Positions 12,716 through 25,302 of a DNA stretch of 64,000 bases are shown here, one piece after another. The DNA is from Girardia tigrina. Its lineage: Eukaryota. Made by a program: the position numbers and the translations under genes. Positions within the stretch are counted from its first letter, which is position 1, and the number at the start of each line of letters is the position of its first letter. The notes beneath the pieces are model-generated. The model did not search any database. It was given only the letters and a program-made list of their open reading frames with translations, and was not told the origin of the DNA. Location of the stretch: NCBI GenBank assembly GCA_001938485.1, contig MQRK01207056.1:1-64000 (forward strand), written 5' to 3'.

Positions 12716-14188
12716 TATTTATATCTCTACTTGTAGTCTTACTGAAGTTACAATTTATCAAATTCGATATTCCATCAAGATATAAAAGGTTCTTACTAAT
12801 TTTATTAGTTCAGATCATCAGGGTTATATTGAGTCGGGTCATAACTCATTTTATAACGAATTATTAGTGTTTGACAATCAGTCTTAATAATTATTTCAAG
12901 GAATTATTAAGAGCATGTTTTTGATAGATAAGTCTTACAAATTTATCCTTTAAGTATATTAGGATGCGATGCCACCTATTGAAAGATGAAAGCCAACTAC
13001 ACGTAACAATACCTACTATAGCGGTTTTAGTAAAAAGTGTTCTTTAATTGATTATCGAAGTCGCTTACATATCCTAAATAAATAATTGTAAACGCAAATA
13101 AACTACAAATAATATTACGAAAAAATTCAATTTAACAATAATTAAGTCAAACAAAGTCATAAAACATCTTCCTGTCGAAAGTGTCGCGATCGGATCAGTG
13201 CAACTGATTCATGTATATGCACAAATTAATATTGATTCGATCATCGATCTAGAATTTTACAATCATTGATTAAAAATAGTTCTTTTTCTTCTATAAAATC
13301 ATTACATCACTTCGAAGATCTGATAAACTTTATTCTTATGTAACCAGTATCATTTCCTGTTATGACTAGTGACATAAATTCCGAAAACAACCAAGTCTCT
13401 TCAAACCACCGTCCCAAAAAGCAGAAATCGTGATACACCAACAAAGGTCCTAATAAAAATTGTGGAGCGCGATGGGAGGATGTTTCGATCAACGATTGCT
13501 TTTGAACAATGAGTATAATTCTTCATCTTCAAATTTTTAGATTAACAATTTAATTACGAATTACAAAAGATACGTAAACTTTTTTGTAAACTATTGCTAG
13601 ATAACTTCAATTTACATTTTTGCGACACGCGGAAGTACAGGGAACTTTATAATATAGGCTCTCTAAGCGAGCCACACCTCACAATGTTCGTTTATTAAGT
13701 CGTACCTTTAACCTTCCTCAAACACCTATTTCTCCATTTTTTGTTTCTTCAGGAGGCAGAATTAATTTTTAAAAAATACGATTATGTTGTTAAAGGTGTA
13801 GCGGGGTTTTTCGTTACGGTACTGGTTCGGGGTCAAAATTAATTTGTTGCAATTATTTTTATTGTTTTCAATTTTACGATTTTCAAAAAAATCTTTTGGT
13901 GACCATGATTTCTGAAATTATCAAACTAATTCAAACATTTAGTTTTTACGAATTATAAACTGTCATTTTTGTGTCATTATTGAATCGACATTGTGAGGAA
14001 TGTTTGAAAGATTTCATGTAGAATAGACTCAAAACAGCGTAAATAATTTCAGTAATATAAATTTAGTTACATTTAGTAATCAATAAAGTAGAGAGAGCTG
14101 AGAATAACCTCATTTCAGTTCAAAACCTTTTAATAAATATTTCGAAGCAAAAAGACAAATCGATAATGATCGTATGGATTGAGTGTCA

Positions 14189-14238
14189 GTGGATCTGGGA
14201 GATGAGCGAGCGTATGTACGAGTATACGTCACTGGGCC
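14189..14238 (-). pseudogene. Decayed duplicate of the ABCF2 3' coding end
   Basis: 44/50 identity to 16777-16826, including 24 identical nt GTGGATCTGGGAGATGAGCGAGCG. Confidence 0.85.
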
Positions 14239-14389
14239 TCACAATAAATTAACTCCTTAACAAAATCAGGACGACATAACAAAACAGGAACAGATGTGCA
14301 GAAACTGATCTATAGAGGAATGAAACTTCATTAATATCAACAACAAACATTAAAAGATGGCAATTTTTTATTATAAACAAATAAACGCC

Positions 14390-15480
14390 ATTTAAAAATA
14401 TATTTCGTGATAATATATTTTGGCGGTTTAACCGTCGTCATCAGATCACTGTTTATGTTCTTTTTTATTGCTTTAATATAAGAAATGAATGCTTATGTAA
14501 TCACTTACGTAAGTCTAATCGAAAACTCTTCACAAATTAGTTGAGAGTGCTGCTTGAACATTGATTTTCGGATCACATGATCTTATCAACAATGCTTCAC
14601 ATGATACTCTCTCCCAATAATTTTTAAAATGTTTGGACAAAATCTTAAAATCATTTATGCTCATATTACATTTACACGTTTTTTATGCTCAGCAATATCA
14701 CTCTTTCCCCCTTTTTGGCTGTGTTCTTGGACTCATTTGCAGAGATGACTAGCAGTCTCTCCGATGTATGCAGCATTGCACCCATTACATGTGTATTAAT
14801 AAACAATGTCCGAACACAATCGTAAAGGAGTATGTGATTTATTGCAAAACATATTCTCAACTTTAAATGATTGAGAAATAATTTTTAAATTTAAAATATT
14901 ATTTGTTGATTTCAAGATCGAATTCTTGAGGTGTTTAAAACCCTCGGAGTAAGGTAAGCTTAGAGTATACCCAGGTGTAAAGCAGTTTTCAATGTTTAAA
15001 CTACTAATTTGTTCGTTATTTATTTTTTCTTTTTCAATTATTTTATCTACAGTCTCAGGAGTGTGTCTGTCTGTGATGGACTTAGAGAAACCGTTATTAT
15101 TCAATAACTTGCTCAATGTATCAATACTTTTAATAGATTTTGAAAACGTAGAAAAGACCAAAAGCGGTATAACAAACCTTTTGAACATATTCTTTTTATA
15201 TTTAAACTCGCAATATATATATCAGTTTCATAATAATCATTTTTTCTTTCAATTAACAAATCAAGGAATGGTAATTTTCCGTTTATTTCCTGTTCCAATG
15301 TAAAGATTATATTTGGAGATTCAAAGACTAGAAAAATATCATCCACGTATATCTTATAAAGTAGTGGTTTTTTCCCAAAGATTGAGCAAGTTATTGAATA
15401 GACAGCCTCACTCGGGAGACTATAGATAAAATAATTGACAAAGAAAAAAATCAATAATGAAAAAATTAATAGTTTAAACA
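14390..15480 (-). mobile_element. Penelope-like retroelement remnant (RT C-terminus and GIY-YIG endonuclease)
   Basis: YVDDIF, FTLEQEINGKLPFLDLLI, LSLPY, DIVY*YTCNGCNAAYIGET...EH. Confidence 0.85.
14407..14449 (-). ncRNA. Minimal type I hammerhead ribozyme (degenerate) at the 3' end of a Penelope-like element
   Basis: Stem I GTGAT/ATCAC, CTGATGA core, stem II GACGG-TTAAA-CCGCC, AAAA in place of GAAA, palindromic ATATAT stem III. Confidence 0.65.
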
Positions 15481-15489
15481 GGTTTTCTG

Positions 15490-15620
15490 TGTGAGGAATA
15501 TGGGTGTGTAATTGTTTTTGTAGTGTTTGCATGTTGTGTGTTGATTTGGGATTCCACCTCTCCTAATCAGATGTATTATCAATATTTTAATTCTTATAAT
15601 CTGAAACTAATTTATTTAAA
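15490..15620 (+). repeat. Dispersed cassette copy F (block 1)
   Basis: TGTGAGGAATAT...TTGGGATT...CTCTCCTAATCAGATG; closest to copy G. Confidence 0.6.
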
Positions 15621-15869
15621 TTTAGATTTAATATTCAAATATTTAATTTTTATTACTGCAACATTTAAATAATTTTATTTTTGTAAATTTTTAATAATTA
15701 AAATCAAATTAATGTTTAAAAATGACTATAGAAATATTTTATTTCAGCCAATAAAATTTAAATTAAATAATTTTTTCAAGTATAGTTCAGATTATAATGA
15801 GAGATATTGAAAATGGAGTGATATATTAAAATAATGGAATAGTAAATATATACTTTAATCCAAAAAAAA

Positions 15870-16400
15870 ATAAATTATGAGCAACGCCTCTAAGATAATT
15901 TAGAATTCTAAAGAGAATTTTAATGCGCTGCAAAATTAGTTCAACAAAATCTTGTTCAGTACGAAATTGATTTATCAAACTATAAACAGTTGGGTGATTG
16001 CAAGCGATAGAATTTTGAAACGCACGATGCCAATTTTCTAATGCATTGTTTGTGAGTGGTAGATGAGAAATAACGCGGTCATATACATTCCAACACTGAA
16101 TTTATATATCGAAGACGTAATCCTCGTTCTCCACGAGGTAATATATGTATCCTCAAAATATGCAAAGACATCATCGAGTTCTGGATAATCATTAGAAAGA
16201 TCAAGTAAAACCAAAAAGGCAGTGATAACATCATCCACAGGAACAAACGCTATAGACATTACTGATTTCAGAATGGTTCTAATTTCATCATTGTTTGAAT
16301 AGAGATCTGGAAGATTTGATGTTTCTTTTATTTTTTCCAAATTGATTTGTTCAGATGAAAAAAACAGCCTTTAATCCAAGCGATAAGAATTTCCAGATTT
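15870..16400 (-). mobile_element. MULE (Mutator-like) transposase remnant
   Basis: GCFFHL..SIW, AFVPVDDV, YFEDTYI, TNNALENWHRAF, HPTVY. Confidence 0.8.
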
Positions 16401-16761
16401 TGAAGTAAAGAATTGAAGATTCATGGAATTCATAATTTGCCTGAAAGATGGTCGAAAGTCATAATTAAAAAAGTACTATTGATCATCATAAAGATGATAA
16501 GAAATGTGCATGTAATAAATGTGCGAATTCTCTTAACACGGTGGACTTTTTGGCTTCCAGTATTTAATGATTTAATCAATAAAATGGATGGGAAGACATT
16601 AGGTGAACCCGAGTGCACATCAATAAATCTTAACATAAAAATCAATAAAAGACAAAAAATCGATAATTCTAGTAATATTTATTAATCAATAAAATAGAGA
16701 GAGAGCGGTGAGTGAGAGAGTGAAATCACAATCGTTCAATCAGTCCAATCGTCACCGGGGG

Positions 16762-17375
16762 TCACTGCGAGTCGCGGTGGATCTGGGAGATGAGCGAGCG
16801 CTTGTACGAGTAGATGTCGCCGGGCCAGCGCGTGATGGTGCCGTGGTCGCACACCCAGATCTCCTCGCACACGCGCCCGATCAGCCGGAAGTCGTGCGAC
16901 ACGAGCAGCAGCCCGCCCTCGAACTCGTTGATGGCGTCGGCGAGCGAGTCGATCGTCTCCAGGTCCAGGTGGTTGGTGGGCTCGTCCAGCAGCAGCATGT
17001 GCGGGCTCGTCTCGGCCAGCCACGCGAAGATGATGCGGCAGCGCTGGCCGTCCGAGAGCGCGCGGATCGGGCACACCTGCTGCGCCCCGGTCAGCCCGTA
17101 CCGGCCGAGCCGCTTGCGCATGTCGTCGCGCTCCTTCACGTCCGGGNNNNNNNNNNNNNNNNNNNNNNNNNNNNNNNNNNNNNNNNNNNNNNNNNNNNNN
17201 NNNNGTGGTAGCGCCCGATGCGGCAGTGCGAGTGTCGGCGCACCAGCCCGTCGGTCGCCTCGAGCTCGCCCGCGATCAGCTTGAGCAGGGTCGACTTGCC
17301 CGCGCCGTTCGGCCCCACCAGCGCCACGCGCGTGTCCAGGTCGATCCCGAAATCGATGTTGTCGTATATCAACGG
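16762..17375 (-). CDS. ABCF2: ABCF2 exon 3 (ABC domain 2), spanning N gap 17147-17204
   Basis: TTCAG acceptor then [29 protein letters not shown]; after the gap [25 protein letters not shown]; TGA at 16764-16762; AATAAA on minus strand at about 16683-16678. Confidence 0.92.
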
Positions 17376-19720
17376 CTGAAATCAATTTTTATTGATTTAT
17401 TGATTTTTTTAAAATTATTGATTAATTATTTTCCTTAATTTTTTTTATATTTTATTAATTTAATTTAATTTTTTACTTTGATTTTTTTAATTTAAATAAT
17501 AAAAATTATAAAATATTGGTTTAAATAATTTTTTATATTTTATTATTAATAAAAAATAATTAATTATTTATTTTTTTTATTTTAATATTAATAATCATTT
17601 AATATAATTATTTTTTTATATTTTATTAAAAAAATAATTTATTATTAACTAAATGTCGTAAATTAACCGCTGATATTATTTTTTATTAATTAATAATTTT
17701 TTTTCAAATTTTCAAAAAATAAATTAATATAATTAAATTTTGTAAATTAACTGCAGAAATTTTTTCTTTAAAAATATAAAAAATTAATAAATATTTATAA
17801 TATAATAATAAAAAAATAATTTAATTAATTTATTATGTATTTTATTTTTTACCAATATTTTAAAAATAATATTTAAATTAATTCAATTTTTACTTTGAAA
17901 AAAAATATAATAATTAAAAAAATTAATTAAAAATATTTTAAAATTAAAATTATTCATATTAAATATTTATTTTATTAATTATATTTTTTATTATATTTAG
18001 AATATTAAAATAATTCATAAAAATATTAATAATTACATAGAAAATTATTAAATTACTTTTTTATTTTAAAAATAAATATAAAATTAAAATATGAATTTTA
18101 ATTTATTTTCTTTATTAAATAATATATAAATAGATTTTTTGATATTTATTAATTTTAAAAAACATAATTAAAATATAATAAATTTAATAAAAATTTGATA
18201 TAACGAAATTAATATGCGAAATTTTAAATAATACTAAATTATTTTAATAAATAAAATAAATTAATAAAATAACTTTTAATATTTTTTTAATAAATTATCC
18301 AAATTTTAATAAATATCCAAAAAAATATTTCATTAATTATTTAAAAATATTCTTTTAATTTTCCTTTAATATTAAAAATAATAAAAATCGTTTTTAATAT
18401 TTACAATTAATATAATGTAATATAATTTAATTTACTTTTATTAAAAAAAATATAAAAAAATCATAAAAAAATAATAATAAATACAAATAATTTTTAAATG
18501 ATTTTTTTCCATTATAAAACACGAATTTTAATTTCTTTTCTTTAAAATAAATTTTAAAAAAATAGTAATTATTTTTATTAATTTTAAATAATATTAAATA
18601 TTTTTTTTGATTTTTATTAATTAAAAACACAATTAAAATATATTAAATTTAGTAAAAATATAGTATAACGAAATAAATTTTTTTATTAATATCTAAAAAA
18701 TAATACTATTTTATTTTTATTAATTTTAATAAATGAAAAAAATGATAAATACAAATAAATTTTTTAATGATTTTTTTCCATTTTAAAATTAAATTTAAAA
18801 TACGATTTTTAATTTCTTTATTAATATTTAAAAAATAATAATGATTTTTTTGGTTTTTATTAATTTTAAATAATACTAAATCATTTTAATAAATAAAATA
18901 AATTAATAAAATAACTTTTAATTATTTAAAAATATTCTTTTAATTTTTCTTTATTATTAAAAATAATAAAAATCGTTTTTAATTTTTACAATTAATATAA
19001 TTTAATTTACATTTATTAAATTATAATACTAAAAATAATTATTTTACAATTTTATTGTGTTTATTAAATACAAATAAATAATCCAAATAAAAAGAAATCG
19101 TATTTATTTTTTCAATATTTTTTTTAAAAATAATTAATTAAAAAATAAGAGATTAATGATTTTTTTCCATTTTAAAATCAAATTTAAAATACGAATTTTA
19201 ATTTCTTTTCTTTAAAAAATATTTAAAAAAAATAATAATGATAAAGTAATAAAATAACTTTTAATATTTTTTTAATAAATATCCAAAAAAAATATTTCAT
19301 TAATTATTTAAAAATATTCTTTTAATTTTTCTTTAATATTTAAAATAATAAAAATCGTTTTTAATTTTTACAATTAATATAATTTAATTTACTTTTATTA
19401 AAAAAATAATAATTATTTTTATTAATTTTAAATAATAAATAATTTTAATAAATAAAATAAATTAATAAAAATCCAAAAAAATATTTCATTAATTATTTAA
19501 AAATATTCTTCTAATATAAAAAATAATAATAATAAATACAAATAATTTTGACCCATTTTAAAATACGAATTTTAATTTCTTTTCTTTAAAAAAATATTTA
19601 AAAAAACAATAATAATTTTTATTAATTTTAAATAATTTTTATTAAATAAAATAAATTAATAAAAACCCAAAAAAATATTTCATTAATTATTTAAAAATAT
19701 TCTTTTAATAAAAAAATTAC
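17376..19720 (-). repeat. ABCF2 intron 2: near-pure A/T with imperfect internal repeats
   Basis: GT-AG bounded; recurring AATCCAAAAAAATATTTCATTAATTATTTAAAAATATTC and ATACGAATTTTAATTTC blocks. Confidence 0.8.
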
Positions 19721-20374
19721 CTTGTTGTCGGAGTACCGGAAGCTCACGTTCTGGATCTGGATGACGGGCGGCGGGATTTCGCCGCAGCTCGGGAAGCCGA
19801 AGGTGAGCGTCTTCTCGGCCACGACTCGCTGGGTGAGGCCGCCGTCGATCATCTTCTTGAGCGTCTTCTCCTTGCTCTGGGCCTGGCGCGCCAGCTTGCG
19901 CGAGCCGTGCCCGAAGCGCGCGATGTAGTCCTTCATGTGCGCCATCTGGTCCTGCTCCCAGCGGTACTTCTTCATCTGGTTCTCCTCGAGCTCGGCGCGC
20001 GTCTGCATGTACTGGTCGTAGTTGCCGCCGTAGTACACGAGCTTCCTGTGCTGCATGTGGACGATGTTGGTGCACACGCCGTTCAGGAAGTCCTCCGAGT
20101 GCGAGATGATGACCAGGATGCGGCTGTACGCGGCCAGCTCGCGCTCCAGCCACACGCACGCCTGCAGGTCCAGGTGGTTGGTCGGCTCGTCCAGCATCAG
20201 CAGCGCCGGCTTCACGAACAGCGCGCGCGCCAGCGCGATCCGCATGCGCCAGCCGCCGCTGAAGTGCTTCACGGCCTTGTGCTGCATGTCGCGCGAGAAC
20301 CCGAGCCCGAACAGGATCTCGGCCGCGCGCTTCTCCGCGCGCTCCGCGTCCAGATCGTCCAGTCGCTCGTACAC
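19721..20374 (-). CDS. ABCF2: ABCF2 exon 2 (signature, Walker B and inter-ABC linker)
   Basis: CAG acceptor at 20377-20375; [51 protein letters not shown]; AAG|GTAATT donor, phase 0, 218 codons. Confidence 0.95.
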
Positions 20375-21849
20375 CTGCCGATTATATTCGGTTTCATTCA
20401 GTGGAAATTAAATGACGCTTATATTATTAACCGCCAAATTATATTTAATAATAATAAATAAATAAATTAATTAATAAATATATTTTATTATTTATAAAAA
20501 AATCTAATAAAATATAATAAGTTTAAAAAATTAAAAAATAACATATAGAAAAAATAATAAAAATTATTATAAAATATAATAAATATAAAATAATAATAAA
20601 TATATTTTAAAAATAAAAATACTAATAAAATATAGAAAAATATATTAANNNNNNNNNNNNNNNNNNNNNNNNNNNNNNNNNNNNNNNNNNNNNNNNNNAA
20701 TTAAAATATATTAAATATGAAAAAATATAATATAGTAGAAAAATAATAATATATTTTATTATTTATAAAAAATTCTAATAAAATATAATAAATTTAAAAA
20801 TAACATAGAAAAAATAATAAAAATTATTATAAAATATATTATTATTAAAATATATAAAATATTATAAATATAATACAAAAATATAATAATATAAAATAAT
20901 AATAAATATATTTTAAAAATAAAAATACTAATAAAATATAGAAAAATATATTAAAAATTAATAAATTATTATAAAATATATTATTAAAGAATTAAACGTA
21001 AAAAAATCTAATAAAATATAAGTTTAAAAAAATAAAATTTAATATTTATTAAAAAATTATTATAATATATATTATATTAATAAATTATTATTAATAAATT
21101 AAACGGAAAAAAACTAATAAAAAAAATATAACTATAAAAAAAATAATATTTAATATTTATTAAAAAATTATTATAATATATATTATATTAGTAAATTGAT
21201 ATTTAAAAAACTAATAAAATAGTAAAACTATAAAAAAATAAAATGCAATAGATATAAAAAATATAATTTTAATAATTTCATTAAATTAATAATTTAATAA
21301 ATTATTTTTTGTTTTTATTTGATTTTTTTAATAAAATATTAAACATTTTTAAAATATTTGATAAACATAAAAGGATTATTTTTTATTATAAAAATTATTA
21401 AAAATACATTAAATTACAATATTAATTTATATATTTTTTAGTTATTTTATTTTATATTTTTAAATTCAATTAAATGTAGTAATTAAATCGCGATTAATAA
21501 AAATAATTATTATTATTTTTTTATTTTTATTGAATCATTTTATTTTAATAATTATTTTATTTTCATCACATTTTATAGACGTTTTATTATTATTTATACG
21601 CACATTATATATATATACATAATTTTAATGGGTTAATTTAATTTTATTAAATAATCAAAATTAAAAAAAACAAATCGTTTTTTAATAATTAATAATTTAA
21701 AAAGGAATAATTAAATATTTAATCATCCAATTAAATCAATTAATAATTATATTTTTCAGTGTTAAAAAAGATTAGCGAAAGTGTTAGCGAAGATTAATCA
21801 AAAATCAAATGATTAACAAATAAACTATTATTAAAAAATATTATTTTAA

Positions 21850-24603
21850 TAATTTCCTTAAATTAATAATTAAAATAATAAAAATAATTATTTTTTTTCA
21901 ATATTTTTTTAAAATAATTAACTAAAAAATGAGAGATTAAATTAGAATTATTTAAAAATAATATTATTGCTTTTATTATTTAATAGTTTATTTTCTTTTT
22001 TTACGTACATATATTAAATTAAAATAATTACAAATAAGTTTTATTGGATTAATTTAGTTTTTTTATAATAAATTAATTAATTAAAAATTAAATCATTAAT
22101 AAATAATTTATTATTCATTTTAGCTTTAAAATAATAATCATTATAAAAATATTATGTTAATAATTTCCTTAAATTAAAACCAAGTAATTAATTACGTAAA
22201 TAAAATATTTTATTGGACCCAGCGATAAATTTGTGTGAATGAAAATTGAAAATTAAATTGACGTTTTAAAAAATTAATTAAATAATAATAAAAAATAATG
22301 AAATAATAATTTAATATTAATACATCGTATTTATTTTTTACAATTAAATATTAATTTTTTAATAAAAAAATTCGAGATTAAATTACAATAACAATTCATT
22401 TTATTTTTATTTTAAATTACAATAATCATTATTGGTAATTATTTTAACAGCTTTTTTACTTGAAATTAATATTTAAAAATAAAATAAATTACAATTATTT
22501 CATAAAACATTTAATAATATTTATAACGTAATATATTAATTATCAGATAAATTACAATAACAATATTTATATTTTTTAATTATTTTTTTGAAATTTCTTA
22601 CATTTAATTAAAGTAATAATTAAAATAATAATAATTGTAAATAAAATATTTTATTGAGCCCAGCGATAAATTTATGTGGAAGAAAATTGAAAATTTAATT
22701 TTTTAGACATTTTTAAAATATTTATTAAATTATAATAAAAAAAATAATATTTTTATAGTATTAATTTAATTTTAATAAATCGTATTTATTTTTGACAATT
22801 AAATATTATTTTTTTAATAATTAATAAAAAAATGAGAGATTAAATTTCAATAACAAATACCACTGCGATCAATAATTTTTAAATTACAATTAAATAAAAA
22901 ATATATTTTATGCTATTAAAATTATATTTATTTATTTATATATTTTAAATTATAATAATAATTATCGGTAAATATTTTAACACCTTTTTTACATGAAATT
23001 AATTTTAAAAAATAAAATAAATTACAATTATTTCATAAAAAAATAATATTTATAACGTAAAATATTAATTATCAGAAAAATTACAATAACAATTATAATA
23101 TTTTTTAATTATTTTTTTGAAATTTCTTACATTTAATTAAAGTAATAATTAAAAATAATAATAATTGTAAAAAAATAATTATTATAATTTACAATTGGAT
23201 TAATTTAGTTTTCTTATAATAAATTAATTAATTAAAAATTAAATCATTAATAAATAATTTAAATTAAAACCAAGTAATTAAATGTGTAAATAAAATATTT
23301 TATTGAGCCCAACGATAAATTTATATGGAAGAAAATTGAAAATTTAATTTTTTAAACATTTTAAAATATTTATTAAATTAAAATAAAAAAATAATAATTT
23401 TAGTATTAATTTAATTTTAATAAATCGTATTTATTTTTGACAATTAAATATTATTTTTTAAAAAATAATTAATAATAAAAATGAGAGATTAAATTGCAAT
23501 AACAAATATTTTATGCTAATAAAATATAATTTATTTATTTATATAATATTTTAAATTACAGTAATAATTATCGGTAAATATTTTAACACCTTTTTTAGAT
23601 GAAATTAATTTTAAAAAATAAAATAAATTACAATTATTTCATAAAAATAATTTAATAATATTTATAACGTGAAATATTAATTATCAGAAAAATTACAATA
23701 ACAATTATTATATATTCTAATTATTTTTTTGAAATTTCTTACATTTAATTAAAGTAATAATTAAAAATAATAATAATTGTAAAAAAATAATTATTATAAT
23801 TTACAATTGGATTTTATTGGATTAATTTAGTTTTATTATAATAAATTAATTAATTAAAAATTAAATCATTAATAAATAATTTAAATTAAAACCAAGTAAT
23901 TAAATGTGTAAATAAAATATTTTATTGAGCCCAGCGATAAATTTATATGGAAGAAAATTGAAAATTTAATTTTTTAGACATTTTAAAATATTTATTAAAT
24001 TAAAATAAAAAAATAATAATTTTAGTATTAATTTAATTTTAATAAATCGTATTTATTTTTGACAATTAAATATTATTTTTTAAAAAATAATTAATANNNN
24101 NNNNNNNNNNNNNNNNNNNNNNNNNNNNNNNNNNNNNNNNNNNNNNTTTATTGGATTAATTTAGTTTTATTATAATAAATTAATTAATTAAAAATTAAAT
24201 CATTAATAAATAATTTAAATTAAAACCAAGTAATTAAATGTGTAAATAAAATATTTTATTGAGCCAAACGATAAATTTATGTAAAAGAAAATTGAAAATT
24301 TAATTTTTTAGACATTTTAAAATATTTATTAAATTAAAATAAAAAAATAATAATTTTAGTATTAATTTAATTTAATAATTCGTATTTATTTTTGACAATT
24401 AAATATTATTTTTTTTTAAAAATAATTAATAAAAAAATGAGAGATTAAATTGCAATAACAAATATTTTATGCTAATAAAATATAATTTATTTATTTATAT
24501 AATATTTTAAATTACAGTAATAATTATCGGTAAATATTTTAACAGCTTTTTTAGATGAAATTAATTTTAAAAAATAAAATAAATTACAATTATTTCATAA
24601 AAA
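21850..24603. repeat. Long-unit (about 0.45-0.65 kb) AT-rich tandem repeat in ABCF2 intron 1
   Basis: Marker TTTTATTGAGCCCAGCGATAAATTT recurs near 22210, 22650, 23300, 23920 and 24255. Confidence 0.9.
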
Positions 24604-24630
24604 TCATCGGGAAGCAATATCGATCCTCAC

Positions 24631-25302
24631 CTCAATCAGGCGATCGTGCGCCACCTCGTCGTCCCCCCGCAGCGCCAACTCCTCCGCCTCTCTCTCCAGC
24701 CTCGTCCTCTCCTCGTCCGCCTCCATCACCGACTCGAGCGCCGTCTTGTCGCTCGGCGCCATCTCTCTCTGCAGCAAGTAGTGATCGATATGCGACGGTA
24801 TCGGCAGCTCGTTGTTGGACAGCACGGCGAACAGACTCGACTTGCCGCACCCGTTCAGCCCGATGAGGCCGTACCTCCGGCCATTGTTGAGCTCGAGCGC
24901 CGTGTCCACCAGGATCTCCTGTCCGTGGAATGTGATGCACAGGTTGGCGAAGTGCACGTCTCTGCCGTCCCGCTGTGACGTCAGCACGCCCGTCACTGAT
25001 CGGTGCTGGGCCACGCGCTCGCTGCACAGATTCAGGCTCTCGATCTCGCTTACGATCGACGCCGTGCGCGCTTCGTCCTCGTCTTCGCTGCCTTCGAATT
25101 CCGCATCTTTTTCGTGTTTACTCAACCCGATTTTCGTCGTTTCTTTTCCATTTTCATCGTTTTTCCCTTCTACCAAATGACCGTTGGTCAGTTTATTCGT
25201 TTCTGTTACTGCGATTTCTTCGTCTTTTTTCGTGTTGTTTTGACGTTTTTTTTGACCGAGTTTTTTTGCGGCAGCTTTGGCTTTCTTGTTATCCGATGGC
25301 AT
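24631..25302 (-). CDS. ABCF2: ABCF2 exon 1 (N-terminal extension and first half of ABC domain 1)
   Basis: ATG at 25302; RSVTGVLTS..., ELNNGRRYGLIGLNGCGKS Walker A; ends GAG|GTGAGG donor, phase 0, 224 codons. Confidence 0.93.

Noticed and set aside
17147-17204. Apparent frameshift in ABCF2 exon 3
   Set aside because: It coincides with an N gap of estimated length; both sides are intact
16762-25302. Bacterial origin of the GC-rich ABC gene
   Set aside because: Canonical phase-0 GT-AG introns and eukaryotic ABCF2 motifs
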